A DNA stretch of 19,329 bases from a virus. Taxonomy: Duplodnaviria > Heunggongvirae > Uroviricota > Caudoviricetes. The stretch is taken from positions 1 to 19,329 of the IMG/VR virus record IMGVR_UViG_2802429248_000011. One strand, written 5' to 3'. Both the position numbers and the translations under genes were made by a program. Under the pieces are notes generated by a model that saw only the letters and a program-made list of their open reading frames with translations, did no database searches and was not told the DNA's origin. Positions 6,404-13,473 of the stretch are shown piece after piece (the stretch's first letter is position 1; every line of letters starts with the position of its first letter).

Positions 6404-7156
6404 TTATCTTGTCACTTTTCTCAGTTGTGCTTCTGCATACGCTTCTTCCTGCCAGCACTTTGTTACCAGTTTATCAATGACGTCCGCATACCCCTTGTAC
6501 CACTGATAATCTGTCAGGTCCGGTACCAACTTCTGGACATGACGTCGTGCCAGTGTGGTCGGTAAACGACTAAACCTGTTTCCATTACAACGCCCACAAA
6601 TCTTATAAACCGGTACGCCATGAAGCCGGGTTCTTTTTTCATCCAGGACAATACCTTTACCCTTACACCCTCTGCACGCTGTGCTGACTTCGCCCTTACC
6701 ATGGCAATGCTGACATAGTTCCTTCCCCCATTCTTCCTTGATAACAGATTCCCCACTTCTGTAGTGTTTCACCACTTCGCGCAATACATTATGAAATCCC
6801 GTACCTGCACAATGTTCACAGCGAGCCTTACTTGCCGCAGACCTGGAATAATCAGCAAAGGCAAAATTCACAAGGTAAGGGATGATCTGTAACCGGGTTT
6901 CTTCACTCAATTTGTTCAATATCGGGTTATCCAGTGCCATCGCGTAATTGAGCAGACCTTCAATCGCAAACTGAGGGTTCTGAACACCAACTTTTGCCAG
7001 AAATAAGGCAAACCCAAGCGGTGCTTTCGACTGCACCATCCCCTGCGCAGCCATCACATCCGTAATTGTTAAACCACCAGAGCCTGTCGCCGGTGCGTCA
7101 TCGCTCAGTTTTGGTGATTTCGGGGAGTAATATTTCGGTAAGACTTCAAGGTTCAT
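6404..7156 (-). CDS. Q: Late-gene antitermination protein Q (QuuQ-like, 250 aa)
   Basis: The start MNLEVLPKYYSPKSP has a GGAGA SD 6 nt upstream. The tracked ORF start at 7198 has no SD and overlaps the upstream gene. There are four Cys-rich repeats, and the position upstream of the lysis genes is typical. The length matches K-12 QuuQ from memory. Confidence 0.85.
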   Translation of the reverse strand: MNLEVLPKYYSPKSPKLSDDAPATGSGGLTITDVMAAQGMVQSKAPLGFALFLAKVGVQNPQFAIEGLLNYAMALDNPILNKLSEETRLQIIPYLVNFAFADYSRSAASKARCEHCAGTGFHNVLREVVKHYRSGESVIKEEWGKELCQHCHGKGEVSTACRGCKGKGIVLDEKRTRLHGVPVYKICGRCNGNRFSRLPTTLARRHVQKLVPDLTDYQWYKGYADVIDKLVTKCWQEEAYAEAQLRKVTR

Positions 7157-7169
7157 GCTCGTTCTCCAC

Positions 7170-8165
7170 TTACGCCAGCACGCCAATTGCCAGCGCACGA
7201 TCGATAAAACGAAATATCAGCTTCAGCTGGGAGCCATACTTCTCTTCAAATGCCACGGTATCCGCATGCAGCTCGTCGTGATGCTTTCTGCACAAAGGCA
7301 ACACAAAGAGGTCATGCGCTTTTGTAGCCATTCCACCCTGACCGTGGCCTATCAGGTGGTGGGGATCATCAGCAGGCTTTCCACAACATGCACACGGCTG
7401 TGTCTTAACCCAGCGCGTGTACTTTTCGTTAACCCAGCGGCGACGTTTGGGGCGTAACATAAAAGACTCCGGCGACTCCGGATCCACTTTCAGCGCCAGC
7501 ACCTTTTTCGCTTTATCCTGGATAATGCTGGTGGCAGGAACCGAAGGCACAAGGTCACTTTCCCGGGTGACAGACGGCACAACAGGCTTCGGTAATCTCA
7601 GTGCCTTACGGGCTGCACTTTCCGGTAAGGCATCCGCCAGGTCATTACGAATCAGCCACCAGCACAGTTCCGGCATTGTCACAACGTGACTATCATCAAA
7701 ACCGAGATCCCGACGCACAACAGACAACACCCAACGGGCACAGTTATCCGTTGCCATTGATTCCAGCCGTTCCGTGAACTGATCGCGCAGCTGGTTATCG
7801 CAGTGCCAGCACAGACGGATTGCGCCCGGGGCGTGTCGCATTGTGGTCATGTTCTCGCTGTGCCAGTCGGAATGAGGCCACTGGCAGCCCTTTTCACGAA
7901 GTAACCAGCTTTCAAGACATTCCACGCCACCAGCACGACGGATCACTGCCTCATTGCGGAACACGGCCCGAACGGCAGGATCATCCGCCAGCGGTTGTGA
8001 TGCCGCCGGAACGGCACCACTGGCGAAAGATGAATAACGCTCCGGCTCAGGCTCCAGCAGGACACGCCCCTGCATAAACAGGGGCATCAGCTCTGAACCT
8101 GGCCTGAACAATACGATCCCCATACGCGGGGCAATTTCAGGGGTCAGCAGTGCTCTCACGGTCAC
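7170..8165 (-). CDS. DUF968 / YdfU-like protein with C-terminal HNH-type zinc motif (start uncertain)
   Basis: ...WVKTQPCACCGKPADDPHHLIGHGQGGMATKAHDLFVLPLCRKHHDELH... is an HNH-like motif. The gene order Q / ydfU-like / rem-like is the same as in Qin. The annotated start is a GTG with no properly spaced SD; see the finding on the upstream homopolymer. Confidence 0.8.
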   Translation of the reverse strand: MTVRALLTPEIAPRMGIVLFRPGSELMPLFMQGRVLLEPEPERYSSFASGAVPAASQPLADDPAVRAVFRNEAVIRRAGGVECLESWLLREKGCQWPHSDWHSENMTTMRHAPGAIRLCWHCDNQLRDQFTERLESMATDNCARWVLSVVRRDLGFDDSHVVTMPELCWWLIRNDLADALPESAARKALRLPKPVVPSVTRESDLVPSVPATSIIQDKAKKVLALKVDPESPESFMLRPKRRRWVNEKYTRWVKTQPCACCGKPADDPHHLIGHGQGGMATKAHDLFVLPLCRKHHDELHADTVAFEEKYGSQLKLIFRFIDRALAIGVLA

Positions 8166-8211
8166 CTCAGCGAACGGTATTGCATGAACGCAGAAGAAAA
8201 AAATTCAGCCA

Positions 8212-8469
8212 TCACGCAGTAAACTCCTTCACCAGCGTTTCAAACTGGCTTACCTGGCCTTCCAGTTCCGCCACGCAATCCACCAGCTCATCCACCGCCT
8301 TTTGTGTGCGGTGTTTTGCCTGCAGCAGATCACGCAGCGCCGGAGTAAGCTGCTTGCAGAGCGTATCCTTTGCCACGCTCGTTTTTTCCATCTGTTCAGC
8401 ACAACGAAGCATCTCCTGTGCCTGCCGACGAAGTTGTTCCGGTGAAACAGTGGTTGTTCTGTTATTCAA
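8212..8469 (-). CDS. Small helical protein, Rem-like (85 aa, TTG start coupled to the helicase stop)
   Basis: MNNRTTTVSPEQLRRQAQEMLRCAEQMEKTS...ELEGQVSQFETLVKEFTA is coiled-coil-like. The TTG at 8469-8467 overlaps the helicase TGA at 8468-8466. The position matches rem in Qin. The identity is from memory and not verified. Confidence 0.6.
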   Translation of the reverse strand: MNNRTTTVSPEQLRRQAQEMLRCAEQMEKTSVAKDTLCKQLTPALRDLLQAKHRTQKAVDELVDCVAELEGQVSQFETLVKEFTA

Positions 8470-9866
8470 AATAAACGCTCCGTTTTACTGCCCGACATGC
8501 GTTTATTGCTGTATCTGCGCGGATTGCCCGGAGTCATGGGTGTGGAAAGAACCCGGGCACTCTCCTGGTCCACAGGCAGAAAATGTCCGTTATAAAAACG
8601 CCGGTAAATCGTCCCCAGAGAACCGTTACGTTGTTTCGTGATATTGATTTCTGCGATGCCCCTGGCCTGCGTATCCGGGTTGTACACTTCATCCCTGTAA
8701 AGCATCAGAATGATGTCTGCATCCGCCTCTATTTCTCCGGAATTTTTCAGGTCCGAGTTCATGGGGCGTTTATTGGGTCTGGATTCCACGCCGCGGGAGA
8801 GCTGGCTAAGAGCAATCAGCGGAAAACCGCCGGATTTTGCCAGGCTTTTAAGTCCCTTTGAGATTTCCCCCACCGCAAGGTCGTGACGCCCCGTGCTGCG
8901 GGTTTTAATCAGGCCGAGGTAATCGACCACCACCAGCGCCGTTTCCGGGTGTTTCATCCGGTGGTGCTTCGTGGTTGCACATATCTCATCAATGGTCAGG
9001 TTTGCCTGGTCCACCATCCAGATATTACGCCCCGTCATTCGTCCCACGCCCTGCGAGAAACGCGCCCAGTCTTCATCTTCAAAACGGGCAACAGACTTAA
9101 GACGTGATACCGGCATTCCTCCAGCCGCAGACACCATACGTTCACCAATCTGGATGTTCGACATCTCCATGGTGAACAGAAGCACACCATGCCCCTGCTC
9201 AGTCACCTTGTCGATGATGTCCAGCGCAAGTTCGGTTTTCCCCATCGAAGGACGGGCGGCAATGAATACCAGGTCTCCGGGCTCCATACCGCCCGTTTTT
9301 GCGTCCAGTTCATCAATACCGGTCATCAGCGCCCTGGATTTCTCCAGTCCCTGATTGCGGCATTCAACACGGTCGACCACTTCCGGAAGGACATCATCAA
9401 TGTGAACCGGCTGAATGACGCCCTTTCCTGTCGACAGTGTGACCATCATGTTCTGCGCATCCTTCAGAGCATCCTCGGCTGCTTCACAGGTATGCGCATC
9501 ACGTAAATTCTGTAATGCTTCAGTCAGTGTTTTTTCTGCATCGCGCAGTGCGGCATTTCGCCGCAGCGCTGCAACATAGTGCTCCAGTGAAGACTTCACC
9601 CAGGTTTTACGCCCGGTGTCGGTAATCACCGGGGCAAGTTCCGGCATCTCATTGCACAGCAGCACGGGGTCAATGACGCCGGATACGCGAGCCTGTCTGC
9701 AAATCCCCGCGTAAATATCCCTGTACTGACGCACGAAAAAGACATCCGCCGGAAGCGTGGCCAGAATATCCATCACTTCCGGATCAGCCCCACGCAGAAA
9801 AAACGCGCCAATCACGGCACCTTCCAGGTCATCGTTACGCCATGCCGGATTTGTCGTTTTTGTCAT
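8466..9866 (-). CDS. Replicative DNA helicase, DnaB family (P22 gp12-like)
   Basis: The Walker A motif is IAARPSMGKTELALD. Typical DnaB C-terminal motifs are present (LVVVDYLGL, SQLSRGVESRPNKRP, ADADIILMLYRDEVY). The start MTKTTNPAW at 9866 overlaps the upstream stop (ATGA). The 13 extra codons in the track are unlikely. Confidence 0.92.
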   Translation of the reverse strand: MTKTTNPAWRNDDLEGAVIGAFFLRGADPEVMDILATLPADVFFVRQYRDIYAGICRQARVSGVIDPVLLCNEMPELAPVITDTGRKTWVKSSLEHYVAALRRNAALRDAEKTLTEALQNLRDAHTCEAAEDALKDAQNMMVTLSTGKGVIQPVHIDDVLPEVVDRVECRNQGLEKSRALMTGIDELDAKTGGMEPGDLVFIAARPSMGKTELALDIIDKVTEQGHGVLLFTMEMSNIQIGERMVSAAGGMPVSRLKSVARFEDEDWARFSQGVGRMTGRNIWMVDQANLTIDEICATTKHHRMKHPETALVVVDYLGLIKTRSTGRHDLAVGEISKGLKSLAKSGGFPLIALSQLSRGVESRPNKRPMNSDLKNSGEIEADADIILMLYRDEVYNPDTQARGIAEINITKQRNGSLGTIYRRFYNGHFLPVDQESARVLSTPMTPGNPRRYSNKRMSGSKTERLF

Positions 9867-10753
9867 GCTGCCACACCTCTGATATGCGCACGGTAGCTTT
9901 CCCAACCAAACACCAGGCAGTTACACCCACCATCAGTAACGCGATCCACAATCCGTTCACCAATGGATTCTTTAAGCTGTTCAAACGTCAGGTTGCTGAT
10001 CAAAATTGTCGGTAAAACGCTTTCGTAACGCGCATTTATGATTTCCTGCAGGATGGTTATCTCTGTAGGCGTGCCGAACTGCACACCAACCTCATCAATG
10101 ATCAGCAGGTTCAGTGAGGCGAAATGAGCGAGAACTTCATCCTCGGTACGCTCTGAATTGTGGCGCCAGGTATTTTTCACAGCGCGGGTCAGTCGCATAA
10201 CATCCGTAATTTCGACGGTCGCCTGGTGGTGGCGAATAATATTTTTTGCCATTGATACAGCCAGATGATTTTTCCCGGTACCACAATTGCCAATCATGAC
10301 CATGCTGGTACCCGCAGCAAGACACTTCTCCCATGAACCGGCATAGCGCCGACAAGCCTCAAGATTTCTCTGTGCGTCAGCATTCACCGCCTGATAATTC
10401 TCAAACTCGCAGTTCTGGAAGCGGCGGGCAATACCAGCCCTGTCGAGTAATTCATGAACTTTCAGGATGCGTAACGCCTCCTGTACCTGATCCAGCTCAT
10501 TCGCAATGCAGGTCGGGCAACCAGACACCCGTTTGATGGTTTCCCCACGAACATCTGGCCCTTTCAACACCAGACGTGTGTATTTCCCGTGTTTCTCACA
10601 CTCAGCAGTATCCTCGCTTGTCAGCCAGTGTTCACAGCGCCACGGACGCTTCCCGACACGGGCAAACTGCATCTCCTCCTCCAGTTCCGCCCTGCGGTTG
10701 AGCAATTGCGCTTTGTCGTGTTGTGCGTAGTGTTTTTTTAACTGTTCAAACAT
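9863..10753 (-). CDS. DnaC/IstB-like AAA+ ATPase (helicase-loader type) with Cys-rich N-terminal extension
   Basis: The Walker A motif is GNCGTGKNHLAVSMA and the Walker B motif is LLIIDEVG. The N-terminal ~90 aa carries C40, C52 and C79-P-T-C82. A GAGGTGA SD is present. Confidence 0.85.
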   Translation of the reverse strand: MFEQLKKHYAQHDKAQLLNRRAELEEEMQFARVGKRPWRCEHWLTSEDTAECEKHGKYTRLVLKGPDVRGETIKRVSGCPTCIANELDQVQEALRILKVHELLDRAGIARRFQNCEFENYQAVNADAQRNLEACRRYAGSWEKCLAAGTSMVMIGNCGTGKNHLAVSMAKNIIRHHQATVEITDVMRLTRAVKNTWRHNSERTEDEVLAHFASLNLLIIDEVGVQFGTPTEITILQEIINARYESVLPTILISNLTFEQLKESIGERIVDRVTDGGCNCLVFGWESYRAHIRGVAA

Positions 10754-10772
10754 TGTTCATCACCTCGAAAAA

Positions 10773-11582
10773 TCACCAGTTGAAGTTCGTTGAACCGTAG
10801 TCCTGCTCACTGAATCCCGAGATCGGGAGGCCGGTAGTTCGCCCACCTCCGGGAGCGGCTGGCTGTTGCCAAGATTCCTCGAAGTGACGATCGGGTCCAA
10901 AGAACGTCGCAGCCTGCTTCACGAACTGTGTGCCGATATTTCCGGTAGCTCGTACCCAGGCGGCATACCGCTTCACGCCATCAAGCATGGTCTCCGGTTT
11001 TATTCCCTCCCTGATACGGGCTTTCCAGGCTTTGAAGGCTGCTGACTTGGAATTGCCACCGGCACGTTTGGGATATTCCTGCCAGGCCTGTTCAAATTCC
11101 GGTGAATATTCCTGTCGGGCAGAACGCGCTGGTGCAGACGCGTCAGCGGATGCGCCAATAGTTGATTCATTGACTGGTTCTTTGACTGGTTCAAAAGAGT
11201 GACTGGTTCTGGGTGAATCTCCTGCACTACCCCCTAGTGCAACTCCTGCACCACCTGGTGAATTTGTTGCACTAGGTAGTGAATTATTTGCACTACCACC
11301 TAGTGAATCTTTTGCACCATCAAGACGAAGAAGATAAATATTGCTCGAGTTGCCTTTTTCACCTTTCCGGGAAACTTTTTTTACCAGTCCCGATTCACAA
11401 AGAGCCGTAATATGATTCATCACAGAACGTTTGCTAATCTCGCACTGATCAGCAATATGCTGATAGCTGGGCCAGCACTCGCCCTGATCGCTGGCATTAT
11501 CAGCCAGCTTAATCAGAACCAGTTTTCGCAATGGATTCCCCACACGAATTTTCATCGCTTTAACCATCAGCTCCATGCTCAT
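10773..11582 (-). CDS. Replication initiator (lambda O-like role): N-terminal wHTH, low-complexity linker, C-terminal replication-protein domain
   Basis: The N-terminal HTH is LVLIKLADNASDQGECWPSYQHIADQCEISKRSVMNHITALCESGLV. A Gly/Ser/Ala linker is encoded by the iteron DNA. The C-terminal EFEQAWQEYPKRAGGNSKSAAFKAWKARI is typical of phage replication proteins. It lies directly upstream of the loader and helicase. Confidence 0.85.
   Translation of the reverse strand: MSMELMVKAMKIRVGNPLRKLVLIKLADNASDQGECWPSYQHIADQCEISKRSVMNHITALCESGLVKKVSRKGEKGNSSNIYLLRLDGAKDSLGGSANNSLPSATNSPGGAGVALGGSAGDSPRTSHSFEPVKEPVNESTIGASADASAPARSARQEYSPEFEQAWQEYPKRAGGNSKSAAFKAWKARIREGIKPETMLDGVKRYAAWVRATGNIGTQFVKQAATFFGPDRHFEESWQQPAAPGGGRTTGLPISGFSEQDYGSTNFNW
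11171..11340. repeat. Origin-like iteron array inside the initiator gene, followed by an A/T-rich stretch
   Basis: tgactggttc occurs three times (11171, 11183, 11200). Four 17-20 bp dyad-symmetric units follow. They start at 11223 (tgcactaccccctagtgcaa), 11247 (tgcaccacctggtgaat), 11268 (tgcactaggtagtgaat) and 11289 (tgcactaccacctagtgaat). A half unit lies at 11313. The period is 21-24 bp, and the array is followed by gaagaagataaatattgct. Confidence 0.7.
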
Positions 11583-11803
11583 AGAGCACCTCCCAGGCGT
11601 TTAAACATTTTTCCGGACTGAAACGCCATCAACGGATAGCTAATGGTGTAGTTACGCCCCAGTAATTCACACACAACTTTCTGGCTTTCGGTGCTGACCA
11701 GGCAAACCCGCAGAACGTGACCGTTGCTGGTGGCGAACCACTGCCCCACACGGGGGCAACGGTTGTATCGGTGATACAGGGAATTAACGATGTAGCGGAT
11801 CAT
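11579..11803 (-). CDS. Hypothetical 74-aa protein
   Basis: A GGAGGTG SD is present. ATGA overlaps occur at both ends, so the ORF is translationally coupled within the PR-type operon. Function unknown. Confidence 0.6.
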   Translation of the reverse strand: MIRYIVNSLYHRYNRCPRVGQWFATSNGHVLRVCLVSTESQKVVCELLGRNYTISYPLMAFQSGKMFKRLGGAL

Positions 11804-11994
11804 GGACGCACCTCCGCCGTAGTTACGTATTTAACCGGGCTACCTTTCATTGAGATGGTTTCACACATCTCTGCCGCTTTCAGTTCCGCCGTTTTTCTGG
11901 ATTTATAGCGACGGTGCCAGACAGATACATCCGTGCGAACTGATACATCGTTTCTGTATTCCGTAGTGGAGATGATGATTTCGTAACTAATCAT
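11800..11994 (-). CDS. Hypothetical 64-aa protein
   Basis: The start MISYEII at 11994 has a GGGAGG SD 6 nt upstream and an ATGA overlap with the upstream stop. Function unknown. Confidence 0.6.
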   Translation of the reverse strand: MISYEIIISTTEYRNDVSVRTDVSVWHRRYKSRKTAELKAAEMCETISMKGSPVKYVTTAEVRP

Positions 11995-12353
11995 GGGCGT
12001 ACCTCCCATTGATTACGGCGAAAAGCAGTGTGATTCAGGCTGGTTTCAGCCTCATGGAATGCTCCAATGCAGCTCTCGTAGTACCGCATTGTGCGTAGAC
12101 TTAACCCAAGCTGAAGCATCATCAGGCCATCAAGGGTGATGTAATAACCACGCAGGGAGTCACCATAGATGTGGTAAGTACCCGGTATGAAGTTGCGGGT
12201 AAAAAATTCGCGCGAGCAGTTCAGATACTCGATTTTGTCGACGATGTTCTGGTGCATGCGCTTAAAGTGGCAGGCAACATGCAGGGAGAAAATAACAGCT
12301 TTGCCGTTGACGACTTCGATTTTGAGGAATGGGGAAGTTGGGACTGTAGCCAT
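11991..12353 (-). CDS. Rha-domain-only protein (120 aa); a longer upstream start is possible
   Basis: The start MATVPTSPFLKIEVVNGKAVIFSLHVACHFKRMHQNIVDKIEYL...YYITLDGLMMLQLGL follows the Rha pattern. An AAGGAGG SD lies 8 nt upstream of the ATG at 12353. The frame stays open up to 12887, but the upstream part overlaps the previous gene, contains terminator hairpins, and the ATG at 12653 has no SD. Confidence 0.65.
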   Translation of the reverse strand: MATVPTSPFLKIEVVNGKAVIFSLHVACHFKRMHQNIVDKIEYLNCSREFFTRNFIPGTYHIYGDSLRGYYITLDGLMMLQLGLSLRTMRYYESCIGAFHEAETSLNHTAFRRNQWEVRP

Positions 12354-12517
12354 GATGGCAGCCTCCTTGATCGGTGAAAAACTTCCACCACCGGAGCTGC
12401 GAAACTCATGGGTGGTGAACTGAACAGGGTTCGCAGTACCGGCGATCAAGGAAACCGGCGAGCCTTTCGGCTCCCCTGCCCAGCCCACCATAATTCTGGC
12501 GTGCGTGAGCGCAGACG

Positions 12518-12540
12518 ATAAAAAAGACGCTGGCGCGTCG
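12518..12540 (-). terminator. Weak intrinsic terminator candidate within the PR-type operon
   Basis: The minus strand reads gacgc-gcca-gcgtc followed by ttttttat. The stem is a short 5-bp GC-rich one. Confidence 0.35.
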
Positions 12541-12676
12541 TATATCGCCTTGATCAATTCCGGGCTGCGACCCCCGGCACCCGCTTTATAAGGTGCTGGA
12601 ACAGTGTAACGTCCCGAAATTACAGAATCAATATTTTGGCTTGAAACATTCATATGCTTACTGGTATTTTTACTAA

Positions 12677-12766
12677 CGCAAATGTTCTTGGATGTTACTG
12701 GCTTACTTCTTTGTGAGGTTGCCTTTACTAACGTTGAGCGAGCCGGGTCACTACCCGGCTTTTTTT
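12677..12766 (+). ncRNA. Candidate oop-like antisense RNA (promoter, ~90 nt, strong terminator)
   Basis: The promoter reads TTGAAA (12641-12646), 18 nt including TG, then TATTTT (12665-12670). The terminator is gccgggt-cact-acccggc plus T7 (12742-12766) on the plus strand. That orientation opposes the surrounding operon. The T-run ends on the stop codon of the upstream Rha-like gene. Confidence 0.4.
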
Positions 12767-13473
12767 CACCGCTGCCAACCAATAACCTGAAATAACCCCA
12801 TTTTCGGGTGATACCAGCGAGTCCCTCGCGGTTCTGCTTCCGCCATAACCTGATGGAAAGCAGCCATAAACGGTTCCACGGCAACAATTGCGCGACGTGA
12901 CAACAATCCGTCCGGCGTCATGAACTCATGGGTGTCTGTAGGAATTTGATAAGCGTTCACCAGATTGCGGCATTTATCATCTGACAAACCGGTTTTCGCT
13001 TTCAGTTGGCGATATCCGGCATAGCCCTCACGAATGTTGCCCTTTTTGATTTGCTCAACTGTTTCGGCAACGTGGCTGACTTTTTCTTCCACCTGAGTGA
13101 TCCGTTTCTGCTGACGAACAGCTTCAAGAGCCATCGCGGCAACCATTTCGATTTCGCTCATTGGCTTACGGATCTGTTCTTCCAGTTCGCGCCAGCGATC
13201 TACTAGGCGGGCTGTGAATTCGGGACAAAGCTGTGCGACGACAATGATGCTGTCGCGCTTACCTTGTTCGCCTTCGAAGATGTAAGCACCTACATTTCGT
13301 TTTAATCCTAAGTTGTTGATTATTTCGAAATTCGCCATTGGCGCACTTCGAATAATCCCCTTATCCATGAGCCTTTCAATGCTGCGCTTAACATCTTTGT
13401 GTTGGCTGCCCACCAACTCTGCGATTTCAAGGCTGGTCATGGATGCTTTGCCGTTAAAAATTGCGGTGTTCAT
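12766..13473 (-). CDS. Rha-family regulatory / antirepressor-like protein (235 aa) at the cII position
   Basis: ASMTSLEIAELVGSQHKDVKRSIERLMDKG...YIFEGEQGKRDSIIVVAQLCPEFTARLVDRWRELEEQ. An AGGAGA SD is present, and an ATGA overlap joins it to the Cro-like stop. Confidence 0.8.
   Translation of the reverse strand: MNTAIFNGKASMTSLEIAELVGSQHKDVKRSIERLMDKGIIRSAPMANFEIINNLGLKRNVGAYIFEGEQGKRDSIIVVAQLCPEFTARLVDRWRELEEQIRKPMSEIEMVAAMALEAVRQQKRITQVEEKVSHVAETVEQIKKGNIREGYAGYRQLKAKTGLSDDKCRNLVNAYQIPTDTHEFMTPDGLLSRRAIVAVEPFMAAFHQVMAEAEPRGTRWYHPKMGLFQVIGWQR

Noticed and set aside
8150-10730. Many plus-strand ORFs of 60-160 aa overlapping the helicase, loader and DUF968 genes (e.g. 8150..8641, 8971..9354, 10506..10730)
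   Set aside because: They are antisense shadow frames of GC-rich, well-supported minus-strand genes. They lack SDs and have low-complexity Ser/Arg/Pro-rich translations.
12682-12795. 37-codon plus-strand ORF containing LLCEV, reminiscent of the Hok LCEV motif
   Set aside because: It has no N-terminal transmembrane segment and no other Hok-family residues. It reads through the terminator hairpin. The four-residue match is most likely chance.
11991-12887. The full 298-codon ORF as a single gene
   Set aside because: Its first ~40 codons overlap the Rha-like gene in another frame. The stretch from 12354 to 12766 contains two terminator hairpins and a promoter-like element. The strong AAGGAGG SD sits in front of the ATG at 12353. 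The length of the open frame is still odd, and I flagged it in a finding.
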